From the NCBI GenBank assembly GCA_964571255.1, contig CAZNAA010000002.1, positions 28,746 to 92,745 of the forward strand: a DNA stretch of 64,000 bases. Direction: 5' to 3'. Positions 39,841 through 50,657 of the stretch are shown one piece after another. The position numbers and the translations under genes are program-made. The first letter of the stretch is position 1. The number at the start of each line of letters is the position of its first letter. Source of the stretch: an uncultured Gammaproteobacteria bacterium. GTDB lineage: Bacteria > Patescibacteriota > Microgenomatia > Levybacterales > UBA12049. The notes beneath the pieces are model-generated. The model worked only from the letters and a program-made list of their open reading frames with translations, was not told the origin of the DNA and searched no databases.

Positions 39841-42800
39841 ATGAAATACCTAAACTATCTTTCACTTTTACGGCACATCTTACGAACAAAAAAAGTCTTG
39901 CTAGCAGGACTCTTGGCTCTTAGCTTACTTCTTGGTCCTCTTATTCCTTTCTTCTCTTTTCATAATTCCTCTAAACAAGAAACACCAAAGTATTTTGCCT
40001 CGGAATTGACGATGCGATCAAAAAAGACTCTCTTTACCCCTGTTGAGAAGCCAACATTTAAGATTGGCATAGGAAAACCTGTCACTCAAGATGGAAAAGT
40101 GCTAGAGAAGATTTCAGGCACGAATGTGTTTATTTCTGAAGTACATGCACAGGAGACTTCCCTTCCAGAACTTCAGATCAAGGCTAGTAGAACAATCAGA
40201 GAGACAGATATAGTCCAAATGGTGGCTAATCGAACAGCCCCTGACGAGATCGAAATCAAAGTAGCAGACGCAGTCTCTTTCCGTCCCGGAAAATATAGGA
40301 TGTCTATTACTTCAGGCAATCGAAATATTGAACAAGATTTTACCTGGGGCGTTTTGGCTGTTAACACAAACAAATCAGTCTATTCTCCAGGAGAAACTGC
40401 AAAAATAGGAATGGCTGTATTAGATGATATAGGTCGTACAAAATGTATGACTGGAGCTTATGCTGAATTTAATAAAGGGAAAGTGTGGCTAACTATTACC
40501 GATCCTTTAGGCAAAAAAACTGAGCATTCTTCAGAAAACGGACTTGTTATAGGAAGTCCTGAGTGTGAAGAACATTCAGTTACTAATGAAGCTGACTTTC
40601 AAACAACGTATAAAACTACGACTCCCGGGATCTATCAGATAGATCTTATTGGGGAAAATCAAAATGGGAAAAAATCAATTGCAGATTACTTTGAAGTAAA
40701 GAGCGACCAATCCGTTATCGTAGAGCGCATATCTCTCCCTACTCGTATTTTCCCTGCATCAGACTATAGCGCTTCTATATCAGTAACCACTAAAGGTCCT
40801 TTTAAAGGACAGATCATAGAAACTACTCCTGCTTCATTTATTATCACCTGTGATGGTTGCCAAGTACTTGGAGAGAACTCACTAAACGATGCGAGTGAAC
40901 CAGCAGATCGAAAAGCCACTCATACCATTGTTTGGGATGTTGATTGGAAAACTGGAGGATCTCATACCCTTTCGTATACTATTAACCCTCCTAATGTCAG
41001 TCCTGAATTTTTCTTACTAGGCCCTCTTACCCTTTCTCAAGGGAAAAATATCCTTTTTAAAGAAGTAAGACAATGGCAGATTGCTTCTGACGCACTCATT
41101 ACGTGGAATGGGAATGGAGCTTCTGTAAACTGGAGTGTCGCTGGAAACTGGTCAACAGGAGCAGCTCCAACAACAGCAGCAAATGTAGTCCTTGACGGAG
41201 TAGCATCACCAAATGGGAATGCAAACTCGACTATTAATAATGCTACGGTAGGAGCCGTAACTGATATCACCATTAATGGATATACAGGAACAGTAACTCA
41301 AGGTGCTGCTATTGCAACAAGTGGAACATCTGGAATTACTGTTACATCTGGAACACTCACGGGCGCAACACAGGCAATCACCCTCACAGATGGATCATTG
41401 ACCGTTAATGGTGGTGTCTTTACGACAACAACAGGTGCTGTAAGTATACAACTAAATCTCACTTTCTCTAGTGGGACACTTACAAATAATGCGAGTGGAA
41501 TCAATTTTACTGATAATACGAGTGCTGATGACTCAACGCTTAGTTGTAGCTCTACACTTTCAGGTACTTGGAGAATTAATAAAACTAGTGGAGGTGATTT
41601 TGCACTAGGATCAGGCTGTACTGTGAGCATGAGTGAGAATGTGACTTCAAGCGTAGGATTATTGACAAATGATGGAACATTGACTATTACTGGAGCTTCA
41701 ACTGTTTTAAACATTGTTGATAACAATATTGATAATAATTCAAGCTTAACCGTTGATAGTTCAGGAGCACGTGTCACTGTTGAGAGAAATTTTGATAATA
41801 CAGGAGGAACATTAACTAACAATGGAACTATTGATTTTCCTGATAGCACAAATGCTGACGATAGCACGCTTACCTGTGGAAACACACCAGGTGGAACTTT
41901 CCGAATTAATAAAGCACAAGGTTCTGACTTTACTCTTTCATCTAGTTGTACTATCACGGCAACTGAAAATGTTACCAGTAGTCTTGGTAGGCTTACCAAC
42001 AATGGCACACTTACTCTTGATAATGGAACATTTGTTTTTGGACAAACGGATACTACCTTATCAGTTGATAATAATTCCTCACTCACTCTTGATACAGACG
42101 CAATTATTACTCTTCAGAGAAACTTTGATAGTACTGGTGGAAGTATCACCAATAATGGAAATATCAACTGGATTTCAGATGAAGCAGGAGCAACTGATAG
42201 TCCAGATCTAACGTGTAATAGTTCACTTGGAGGGTCTGGTAGTTATAATCTTAATTTTGCTGCTGCTGCTGATTTTACCCTTTCTTCCAGTTGCACAGTT
42301 ACTATGTCTGAAAGCCTTGCAGGGGTTGCGCCAATGGGACTACTCACGAACAATGGGGTACTCACGCTAGCCGGGAGTGGAGCAAGCTTTGACTTTAACA
42401 GCACCTCCCCAACCTTGCTCCTTGATAATAATAATACTCTTTCTCTTGGATCTGGAGCAACCATTACTATTCAAAGAAACTTCGACAATACTGGTGGAAG
42501 TTTCTCAAATAGTGGAACAGTTATCTTTGATGCTGATGAAGCAACTGATGACTCTACGTTTACTTGTGGAAACACACCAGGTGGTACTTTCCGAATAGAC
42601 AAGACACTCGCTTCTGATTTTACTCTTTCATCAGGATGTACTATCTCAGCATCAGAAAATGTAACATCTAGCTTAGAAGTTCTTACCAACAATGGCAATC
42701 TTACTCTTACAGGTACTTCAAGCTTTGTCTTCACTACAACCTCTACAAATCTTCAAATTGATAATAACGGGACAATGACTATTGATAGCAGTGTTACTGT

Positions 42801-45800
42801 CTCACTCCACCGAAATTTTGACAACACAGGAGGTACATTAACTAATAGCGGAACAGTTGTCTTTAATTCTGATGAAGCAACTGATGACTCTACGTTTACT
42901 TGTGGAAACACACCAGGTGGTACTTTCCGAATAGACAAGACAACCGGTGGTACTACATTTACCCTTTCTAGTGGCTGTACTGCTTCATTTACTGAATCAG
43001 CTACTGTGGCAATGGAGCAAATAACCAATAACGGAACGATGACTCTAACAGGAGGCAGTAGTTCCTGGCCTCTTACCACTACAAGTGTTACAGATCAGGT
43101 AGTCAATACCGGAACTCTTAATATAACAGGAGGTGCTGCTCTTTCTCTCCATCGAAGTTTTAATGATACAGGAACCGTGAGTAATAGTGGGGGATCAATC
43201 TCATTTCTTTCAGATGAAGCAACTGTTGATGATACTACACTTACTTGTGGAGGCAGTAGTGATTTTGGAGATGTGACAATTAATAAAACAAGTAGTGGGT
43301 CTACATTTACCATCTCCAGCAACTGTGTCTTTAATGATTTTATCTATACCAGTAGTTCAGCTGAATTTTCTAATCCAGGATCTGCCCGTACCCTTAGTGT
43401 TACGGGTAATTTCACGATGGACGATATACAAAATTTGGGTGGAGCAAACTTAACTGTTGAGTTCAGTAGTACTGGGACTCAAACAATCAATAAAAGTAGT
43501 ACAGGCCTTTTTCAGTCTAAATTTTCAGTTAATAAGACAGCAGGAGGCAACTCTGTAGGGCTTGCTACTGCCTTAACAGTCACCACAGAAACGTGCAACA
43601 TTGTTGAAGGAACTTTTGAAACTAACGGCTTTACCTTTACGTGTGCCGGTGGGTTTACCGTTCAAGATGGAGGTAACCTACAAATGCACGGGTCCGAAAC
43701 ACCTACTTCCCCCACTCTCAATTCAGGTTCAACTGTTACCTATGAAGGTAATGGAGATGGAGTTGCAGATACACGAACAATGAAAGCCTATGTTTACCAC
43801 CATTTAACTGTCAATAGTTCAGTAGGTACTGCAGACACCTTTCAACCCCCAAATGCATTCACCGGTGCAAACGATATCAATGGAAATCTTACTATTACAG
43901 ATGGGACATTTGATGTGATTAGCGGAACAAATTATGGAGTTGACGTTGTTGGGAGTTTTAGCATTGCAACAGACGGCATATTTTTAGCTCAAGCGGGAAC
44001 CCTTAAAATCGGTGACGACTTCACAAACAACGGAACCTTTACTGCTGGTACTGGAACAGTGGAGTTAAATACCGCCACTACAGCTACTCTTAATGGTTCA
44101 GGAAGTCCTGCTGTCACGTTTAATAACTTTACCGTAACGACTGCTGCAAAAACAGTTCAATTCACAGCCAGTAAGACGTTTCGTATTAATGGACTGCTTA
44201 CTATTACTGGAACTGCTGGAAATGAGGTTGTTATTAATTCAACAAGTGGCACACAGTGGCTTATTAATCATCAAGGAACAGAAAACGTTACGTATGCAAA
44301 TGTAACCAATTCTGGCTGTGATGGGACTAGTACAACTATCACCATTGATGCTACGAGTATTAATAATGGAAATAACGGAACCTGTTGGGATTTTCCTATC
44401 CTCAATATCACCGTCTCTGGAAATATTTATAGTGATGAAGGAAGTAGCGCCTATGACTGCTCGGCAAACAATATTACGGTGTATACATCAGTCAATGGAG
44501 CTGCAAATGATACACCTGGAACATGTACGCTCAATACTGGCGCTTTCTCTATCACTGCTACTAAACCCACAGCGGCAGCCCAACCTATCGTTATTTTCAT
44601 CGATTCCGGAGAATCAATTAAGGCAACAACTGTCACACTCACTGCCGATGCGACATCTAATATCACTGGTCTTAAGCTCTATGTCGACCACCTCGTTCTT
44701 ACCCACGAAGACTCAGGACCGATGACAAATGCAAAATTAGCAACGGGTGATAACGCTGATGCTGGGATTCGGTATAGCGTCGCAAGTAGCAATTTGACTG
44801 TTGAATCAGGCATAGAACTGTTTGTTTATAACAGTAAAACCTTCACTCCAGGTGGTACGGTTACGACCCAGGGGTCACTTGGTGACTTTCAGCTGGGCAC
44901 ATCAGCTACTGCCACCCTGGGAACAGCAACCAATACCATATCAAATGATATCCTAATAGGGACTTCTGCAACATTAAACGTGAATACAGACACCATAGTA
45001 GCTGGTGGAGACATCACAGCAACAGGTACACTCAACACAACCTCAGGTACACCCACTATCACGATGCGTGGAACAGGGAGTATCTCAGGAGCTGGGTCAA
45101 AAACAGTCTATACCCTACTCATTGGCGATGGAACAACAGCTACCACTACCCTTTCTGGAACACTCACTGCCAATAATGATGTAACTGTTGGAACAGGTTC
45201 TACATTCAATCAAAATGCAAGTTTAAATATTAGTGGTGGAGATTTTACGACAACAACAACTGGAATCGTCAATACGACCAGTGGAACAGGAACAGTCACT
45301 ATAACAGGTACAGGGAATGTCGGAGCAGGGTCTGGTGGATCATTCACTGTTTATAACCTTGCAGCAAACGGTACTCAGACTTTAATCTCAGATATCGTAA
45401 CAACAAACAACATCTCTATCGCCACTGGTGGATCACTCGCACTAGCCAGCAAAAATGTGACAGTTTCTGGTGGAACGGTGAGTACTGCAGGTACGGGAGC
45501 CATCACCTGCTCTGCCTGTTCTGCTGGGACTGTGACTATTTCTGGTACTGGAAATATCGGTGGAGGGGGAACTGTTACTGTGTATAACCTACAAATAAAT
45601 GGAACCCAAACGCTTGCCTCAGCTTTAACAGTTTCTAACGATGCCGTTGTAGGTACTGGAGGGATACTTGATTTAGGAAGTCAGAATATGACCGTAACTG
45701 GTGGAGACTTTACCAATACTACGACAGGGATTATTCGATGCAACAGCTGCTCTGCTGGAACTTTGACCATGCCTGCAACTGGGAATCTTGGGAGTGGCAG

Positions 45801-48800
45801 TGGAGATATTACGCTCTATAACCTAGCAACGAGTGGAACTGGAACTACCACCTTTTCTGGAAGTGGAACAAATACAGTAAGTAACAATGTAACCGTCGGA
45901 GCAGGAACCACTCTTGCCATTAACTCCAGTATTTCTATCACAGGAAGTTTTGCCAATACAACAACTGGGATTATCACAACCACCAGTGGAAATCCAACAG
46001 TAACCGTTTCTGGAGCAACGATTGGCGGAGGAAGTGGAGCTATTACCTTTTATGATCTCACTAAAGCAGGAGGTGGAACCACTACGTTTTCTGGTGCTGG
46101 AACGAACACCGTAAACAACAATTTATCTATATCAAATGGTACCTTTACTCAATCAGATAGCCTTACGGTGACAAACGATATTAGCGTTGCAACAGGAGCA
46201 ACGTATAACAATAATGCAACACTTGCTGTCAATGGAGGAGACTTCACAACAACAAGTACTGGTGTCATCAATACGACCAGCGGTACCCCTACTCTCACCA
46301 TTTCAGGAACAGGGAGTTTGGGTGGAGGAAATGGAAATATTACCCTTTATAATCTGACAACTACTGGATCAGGAACAACTACTTTTTCAGGAGGCGGAAC
46401 TAACACGATAAATAATAATGTCTCAGTTGGGGCAGGAACTACTTTAAATATTAACTCTACAATTGGCATTACAGGAAATCTGACGAACACTTCAACTGGA
46501 ATAATTGGCACAACGAGTGGAACTCCAACGGTAACAGTTTCAGGAACAACGATTGGTGGAGGAAGTGGCGCTATAACTATTTATACGCTTGCCAAAGCTA
46601 CCGCATCAACTACAACTTTTTCAGGAGGCGGAACTAACACTCTTTCACAAAATCTCACAGTTTCTGCAGGGACACTCACTATCTCAAATGATTTGAGTAT
46701 TGGAAATGACGTTTCTGTTGCAACGAGTAGTACGTTAAATCTCAATGGAAACACTTCAATTGGCGGAGGAGATGCAACAACTGCTGGCACTGGGATTATT
46801 AGTACGACAAGTGGTACTCCTACTCTTTCAGTTTCAGGTACAGGAACTGTTGGAGGTGGCGGAGCTGTTAGCGCCTATAACTTAACAATTTCTGGAAGTC
46901 AAACGATCTCTTCAGCCACAACGGTTTCAAATGATTTGAACATTAATGGAACCATGTCTGGTTCTTCAACAGTAACCGTGAATGGCAATTTAGTAGGAAT
47001 TGGAGCCGTTTCTCACGGAGGAACCGTTGAGCATCGAATAGGAAGTGATAAAAACTTTGGAGCAACGAGTGGAAGTGGAACATGGGCATTTACTACGCTC
47101 AAATTTACCAACTCAAGTGGTTCAACCAAAACCATTACCACCCAAACTGGCGGAGCAGGAGGAGTGAGTGCAGCAACTGTTCTTCAAGTTGGAGAAACCG
47201 ATGATTCAGCTGGGATTAACTTAGATGCAGGGAACAAAACATGGACTCTTTCTGGAACAAGTGGAGCTCCATTAAGTATTGAGGATGGAAGTATTGCAGC
47301 AGCGACCTCAACATTTGTGTTTAGCGGAAATAACGGTGGTGGGAATACAACGATTAATGACATTACCTATTACCGGTTAACGGTAAATAACGGCTCAGAA
47401 ACGTTTGTTCTAGCAGCCTCCCCCCTTCTTGTTACCAATACGTTAACAATCAGCGCAGGCACTCTTTCTGTCAGTACAAACTCCGTAACTGTTGGCTCCT
47501 CAAGTGTATCGAATTCTGGGAGTATTTTAAATTCAGGAACCTATTCCCAATCTGCTGGAGGAACAACAACGGTGAAATCCTCTGCCGGGGGAAGCAGCAC
47601 AATTGGAGGAAGCGGAACAACTACTTTTTATAATTTAAGTATTGCTCCAGATGCTGCTTCTGCTCCAACAATTACTCTTGGATCTGCAGGAAGTCAAACA
47701 ATCACTGTTTCCAATAATCTAGGAATTGGAGATGGATCAAACTCAGTAATAGTAACAGCGAACACAAATAACCCTGCGCTTGATGTGAATGGGAATTTTA
47801 CGATTAATACTAGTGCTACTTTTACTGCTCCCCCATCAGCTAGTTTTACTATTGCTGGGAATATGACAAATGATGGAACTTTTACTCATAATAATGGAAC
47901 CGTTACTCTGGATACGACAACAACTGCTACGCTTACAGGAAGTGGCTCTACTGCTATTACGTTTTATAACTTAACTTCAACTACAGCAACCAAAACAATC
48001 CTTTTTACTAGTACAAAAACTTTTAAAACTGATGGCCTCGTTACCTTAACAGGAAGTAGTGGGAATAATATTACAGTTGATGCAACAAGCAACGGGTCCC
48101 AATGGTTAATTAACCATCAAGGAACAGAGAATATTACCTATACCTCTGTCCAAGATTCAGGCTGTGATGGAGCAAGTACTACTATTACGTTGGGAACAAC
48201 GAATACGAATAATGGCAATAATTCCTCCTGTTGGGTCTTTACGATGGATGTAACGGGAAATGTGTATACAGATGAAGGAAGTAGTGCGTATGACTGTTCC
48301 TCAGATAATTTAACCATTCATATCTCAGTCAATGGAGCAGCCAGCACAACAACTACCTGCACCTTAAATACTGGAGCCTTTAGCTTTTCAGGAGTCACTA
48401 AACCGTCAAATGGAACTCCTATTGTTCTGTATATTGATAGTGGAGAAACACCAAAAGCAACAACTGTTACTCTTGCCGATTCCAGTTTAACTGGAGTAAA
48501 AATCTATCAAAACCATGTGAACTTAACTCATGAAAATGCAGGACCTATTACCAATACCAACCTTTCAACAGCTGATAATGGAGATAGCGGAATACGATAC
48601 AACGTCAGTAGCGGAAATGTCACGTTTGATACAGATATGGAGGCTCATGTCCTTGGAAGTAAAACGTATACACCTGGAGGAAATGTGACTACACAAGGAA
48701 GCGCTGGAGATTTTCACCTTGCCTCAAGTAGTACTGCCACTCTTGGAGGAATAACAACACTTTCTGGTGACGTGCAGGTTGATACAGGAGCCACGCTTAC

Positions 48801-50604
48801 TATCAACGCTGATACAGCTGTTTCTGGAGGAGCAGTAGCAACAAGCGGGACAGGAAGTGTTACGACCAGCAGTGGAACACCTACTCTGACCATTAGTGGA
48901 ACAGGAAATATTGGGGGTGGAGGAAGTGTCACCGCTTATAATTTGACAGTATCAGGTACTCAGACACTTCAATCAAATCTGATTGCAAATAATGATATTA
49001 GTGTTTCAAACGGAGCTTCCCTTGCCCTTAACGGAAAAGATACGACAGTGACTGGTGGCGACTTTACTACGACAGGAACTGGTGCTATTACTTGTTCTGG
49101 ATGTAGTGCTGGAACAACTACTATTAACGGAGGAGCAGCAAGTGGACTGGGAGGAGGAGGAGCAGTTACTGTCTATAATCTCACTATTGGCGGAACAGTA
49201 CCTCTTCTTTCTACCCTTACTGCGCTTAATACCTTAACCGTGAATGGAACATTCTCCGGCTCTTCCAATGCAACCGTGAATGGAAGTATTGCAGGAACTG
49301 GGACAATCATTTTTTCTGGAGGAACAGTTGATCAACGAGTGGGAGCTTCTCAAAACTTTGGAACAACGAGTGGGAGTACTAACTGGACTTTTTCGACACT
49401 TATTTTCTCAAACTCCAGCGGAACGAGCAAAACTGTTACTACCCAAACTGGAGGAAGTGGAACAGTCACTGCCTCAACCCTTCTCCAAATTGGCAAAGGA
49501 GGAGACAGTGCAGCCACAGTACTTGACGCTGGAAATAGAAATTGGATTGTTCAAGGAACAAGTGGTACTCCTCTAACTCTCCCTCAAGGAAGTGTTACGG
49601 CCAACACCTCAACAGTTAGTTATACAGGAAATAATACTGGTGGAAATACCACTATTGCAACTATCACCTACTACTCCCTCCTCGTAAATAACAGTTCAGA
49701 AACCTATACCCCGTCCACCACTCTTGCTATTGATAATGGATTAACCGTTACATCAGGAACGCTTGATCTTGGCACGAATGATACAACCATTGGATCAACT
49801 GGCGTATCAAACTCAGGAGGAGTCTCTGTTCTTGGTACCCTTACGCAATCTTCCAGTGCAACCACTACTATTCGAACCTCTGCTAGCGGAGCTAGCACTG
49901 TTGGAGGAAGTGGTAGTATCACCTTTTACAACCTTTCTTTGGCTCCTGCTGCTAATAGTGGAGTAATCACACTAGGATCTGCCACCAGTCAAACGATTAC
50001 TGTTTCAGGTACACTTACTATTGGAAACGGCAGTAACTCTGTGACTGTGACTGCTAATACGAATAACCCCACCATTGATGTCAATGGCAGCCTGACAATC
50101 AATACAAGTGGAACCTTGGTTGCACCACCTTCCTCTATCCTCTCCATTGCTGCAAATATGACAAATGACGGAACCTTTACAGCCAATGGAGGAACTGTTC
50201 GAATTGACGGTTCAGGAACATCAGTTCTCAATGGCTCCTCAAGTCCTGCTATCATCTTTGCCAACTTTCTCTCAAGTACAGCAGGAAAGACTATTCAATT
50301 CACCGCATCCAAAATTTTCCGAATAACAGGCTCACTTACCATTACTGGAGCTACAGGAAATACAATCGCTATTCAATCAACAAGCGGGACACAATGGCTT
50401 ATCGATCACCAAGGGACAGAAAGCGTAACGAACGCAACCATTACCAACTCAGGCTGTGATGGAGCCAGTACAGATATCACCCTTGGGTTTAGTAATTTTA
50501 ATGGAGGAAACAATGGAGTGTGTTGGGTCTTTACTGCTGGAGGAGCGATACAGTCACGCGTGAAAGGAACAACTCGAGTAGGAGGAAATGCTCGGATCCA
50601 ATAA
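39841..50604 (+). CDS. giant (3587 aa) secreted surface protein with beta-helix-like repeats
   Basis: Has a signal/TM N-terminus (LLAGLLALSLLLGPLIPFF). Repeated TNNGTLTLTG...FDNTGG...DEATDDSTFTCGNTPGGTFRIDKT units are present. About seven ~90-aa GTG...VYNL...GTQT repeats follow. A ~130-aa Cys-containing module (QWLI[ND]HQGTE...SGCDG...CW.F) occurs three times. Confidence 0.85.
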   Translation: MKYLNYLSLLRHILRTKKVLLAGLLALSLLLGPLIPFFSFHNSSKQETPKYFASELTMRSKKTLFTPVEKPTFKIGIGKPVTQDGKVLEKISGTNVFISEVHAQETSLPELQIKASRTIRETDIVQMVANRTAPDEIEIKVADAVSFRPGKYRMSITSGNRNIEQDFTWGVLAVNTNKSVYSPGETAKIGMAVLDDIGRTKCMTGAYAEFNKGKVWLTITDPLGKKTEHSSENGLVIGSPECEEHSVTNEADFQTTYKTTTPGIYQIDLIGENQNGKKSIADYFEVKSDQSVIVERISLPTRIFPASDYSASISVTTKGPFKGQIIETTPASFIITCDGCQVLGENSLNDASEPADRKATHTIVWDVDWKTGGSHTLSYTINPPNVSPEFFLLGPLTLSQGKNILFKEVRQWQIASDALITWNGNGASVNWSVAGNWSTGAAPTTAANVVLDGVASPNGNANSTINNATVGAVTDITINGYTGTVTQGAAIATSGTSGITVTSGTLTGATQAITLTDGSLTVNGGVFTTTTGAVSIQLNLTFSSGTLTNNASGINFTDNTSADDSTLSCSSTLSGTWRINKTSGGDFALGSGCTVSMSENVTSSVGLLTNDGTLTITGASTVLNIVDNNIDNNSSLTVDSSGARVTVERNFDNTGGTLTNNGTIDFPDSTNADDSTLTCGNTPGGTFRINKAQGSDFTLSSSCTITATENVTSSLGRLTNNGTLTLDNGTFVFGQTDTTLSVDNNSSLTLDTDAIITLQRNFDSTGGSITNNGNINWISDEAGATDSPDLTCNSSLGGSGSYNLNFAAAADFTLSSSCTVTMSESLAGVAPMGLLTNNGVLTLAGSGASFDFNSTSPTLLLDNNNTLSLGSGATITIQRNFDNTGGSFSNSGTVIFDADEATDDSTFTCGNTPGGTFRIDKTLASDFTLSSGCTISASENVTSSLEVLTNNGNLTLTGTSSFVFTTTSTNLQIDNNGTMTIDSSVTVSLHRNFDNTGGTLTNSGTVVFNSDEATDDSTFTCGNTPGGTFRIDKTTGGTTFTLSSGCTASFTESATVAMEQITNNGTMTLTGGSSSWPLTTTSVTDQVVNTGTLNITGGAALSLHRSFNDTGTVSNSGGSISFLSDEATVDDTTLTCGGSSDFGDVTINKTSSGSTFTISSNCVFNDFIYTSSSAEFSNPGSARTLSVTGNFTMDDIQNLGGANLTVEFSSTGTQTINKSSTGLFQSKFSVNKTAGGNSVGLATALTVTTETCNIVEGTFETNGFTFTCAGGFTVQDGGNLQMHGSETPTSPTLNSGSTVTYEGNGDGVADTRTMKAYVYHHLTVNSSVGTADTFQPPNAFTGANDINGNLTITDGTFDVISGTNYGVDVVGSFSIATDGIFLAQAGTLKIGDDFTNNGTFTAGTGTVELNTATTATLNGSGSPAVTFNNFTVTTAAKTVQFTASKTFRINGLLTITGTAGNEVVINSTSGTQWLINHQGTENVTYANVTNSGCDGTSTTITIDATSINNGNNGTCWDFPILNITVSGNIYSDEGSSAYDCSANNITVYTSVNGAANDTPGTCTLNTGAFSITATKPTAAAQPIVIFIDSGESIKATTVTLTADATSNITGLKLYVDHLVLTHEDSGPMTNAKLATGDNADAGIRYSVASSNLTVESGIELFVYNSKTFTPGGTVTTQGSLGDFQLGTSATATLGTATNTISNDILIGTSATLNVNTDTIVAGGDITATGTLNTTSGTPTITMRGTGSISGAGSKTVYTLLIGDGTTATTTLSGTLTANNDVTVGTGSTFNQNASLNISGGDFTTTTTGIVNTTSGTGTVTITGTGNVGAGSGGSFTVYNLAANGTQTLISDIVTTNNISIATGGSLALASKNVTVSGGTVSTAGTGAITCSACSAGTVTISGTGNIGGGGTVTVYNLQINGTQTLASALTVSNDAVVGTGGILDLGSQNMTVTGGDFTNTTTGIIRCNSCSAGTLTMPATGNLGSGSGDITLYNLATSGTGTTTFSGSGTNTVSNNVTVGAGTTLAINSSISITGSFANTTTGIITTTSGNPTVTVSGATIGGGSGAITFYDLTKAGGGTTTFSGAGTNTVNNNLSISNGTFTQSDSLTVTNDISVATGATYNNNATLAVNGGDFTTTSTGVINTTSGTPTLTISGTGSLGGGNGNITLYNLTTTGSGTTTFSGGGTNTINNNVSVGAGTTLNINSTIGITGNLTNTSTGIIGTTSGTPTVTVSGTTIGGGSGAITIYTLAKATASTTTFSGGGTNTLSQNLTVSAGTLTISNDLSIGNDVSVATSSTLNLNGNTSIGGGDATTAGTGIISTTSGTPTLSVSGTGTVGGGGAVSAYNLTISGSQTISSATTVSNDLNINGTMSGSSTVTVNGNLVGIGAVSHGGTVEHRIGSDKNFGATSGSGTWAFTTLKFTNSSGSTKTITTQTGGAGGVSAATVLQVGETDDSAGINLDAGNKTWTLSGTSGAPLSIEDGSIAAATSTFVFSGNNGGGNTTINDITYYRLTVNNGSETFVLAASPLLVTNTLTISAGTLSVSTNSVTVGSSSVSNSGSILNSGTYSQSAGGTTTVKSSAGGSSTIGGSGTTTFYNLSIAPDAASAPTITLGSAGSQTITVSNNLGIGDGSNSVIVTANTNNPALDVNGNFTINTSATFTAPPSASFTIAGNMTNDGTFTHNNGTVTLDTTTTATLTGSGSTAITFYNLTSTTATKTILFTSTKTFKTDGLVTLTGSSGNNITVDATSNGSQWLINHQGTENITYTSVQDSGCDGASTTITLGTTNTNNGNNSSCWVFTMDVTGNVYTDEGSSAYDCSSDNLTIHISVNGAASTTTTCTLNTGAFSFSGVTKPSNGTPIVLYIDSGETPKATTVTLADSSLTGVKIYQNHVNLTHENAGPITNTNLSTADNGDSGIRYNVSSGNVTFDTDMEAHVLGSKTYTPGGNVTTQGSAGDFHLASSSTATLGGITTLSGDVQVDTGATLTINADTAVSGGAVATSGTGSVTTSSGTPTLTISGTGNIGGGGSVTAYNLTVSGTQTLQSNLIANNDISVSNGASLALNGKDTTVTGGDFTTTGTGAITCSGCSAGTTTINGGAASGLGGGGAVTVYNLTIGGTVPLLSTLTALNTLTVNGTFSGSSNATVNGSIAGTGTIIFSGGTVDQRVGASQNFGTTSGSTNWTFSTLIFSNSSGTSKTVTTQTGGSGTVTASTLLQIGKGGDSAATVLDAGNRNWIVQGTSGTPLTLPQGSVTANTSTVSYTGNNTGGNTTIATITYYSLLVNNSSETYTPSTTLAIDNGLTVTSGTLDLGTNDTTIGSTGVSNSGGVSVLGTLTQSSSATTTIRTSASGASTVGGSGSITFYNLSLAPAANSGVITLGSATSQTITVSGTLTIGNGSNSVTVTANTNNPTIDVNGSLTINTSGTLVAPPSSILSIAANMTNDGTFTANGGTVRIDGSGTSVLNGSSSPAIIFANFLSSTAGKTIQFTASKIFRITGSLTITGATGNTIAIQSTSGTQWLIDHQGTESVTNATITNSGCDGASTDITLGFSNFNGGNNGVCWVFTAGGAIQSRVKGTTRVGGNARIQ
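44900..46900 (+). repeat. tandem ~270-nt coding repeats inside giant protein 2
   Basis: Peptide units of the form ...TSGTPT(V/L)T(V/I)SGTG..GGG....YNL...GT.T.. recur about seven times. Confidence 0.7.
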
Positions 50605-50657
50605 GAGGTTATCCTTGACTTTATACATTTAGCTTTGTTACAGTTTATGGATACTCT

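Noticed and set aside
30880-50604. Highly periodic nucleotide repeats that could be mistaken for a CRISPR array or a satellite.
   Set aside because: The units are hundreds of nt long, imperfect, in-frame and inside continuous giant ORFs. There are no short direct repeats with unique spacers and no cas genes.
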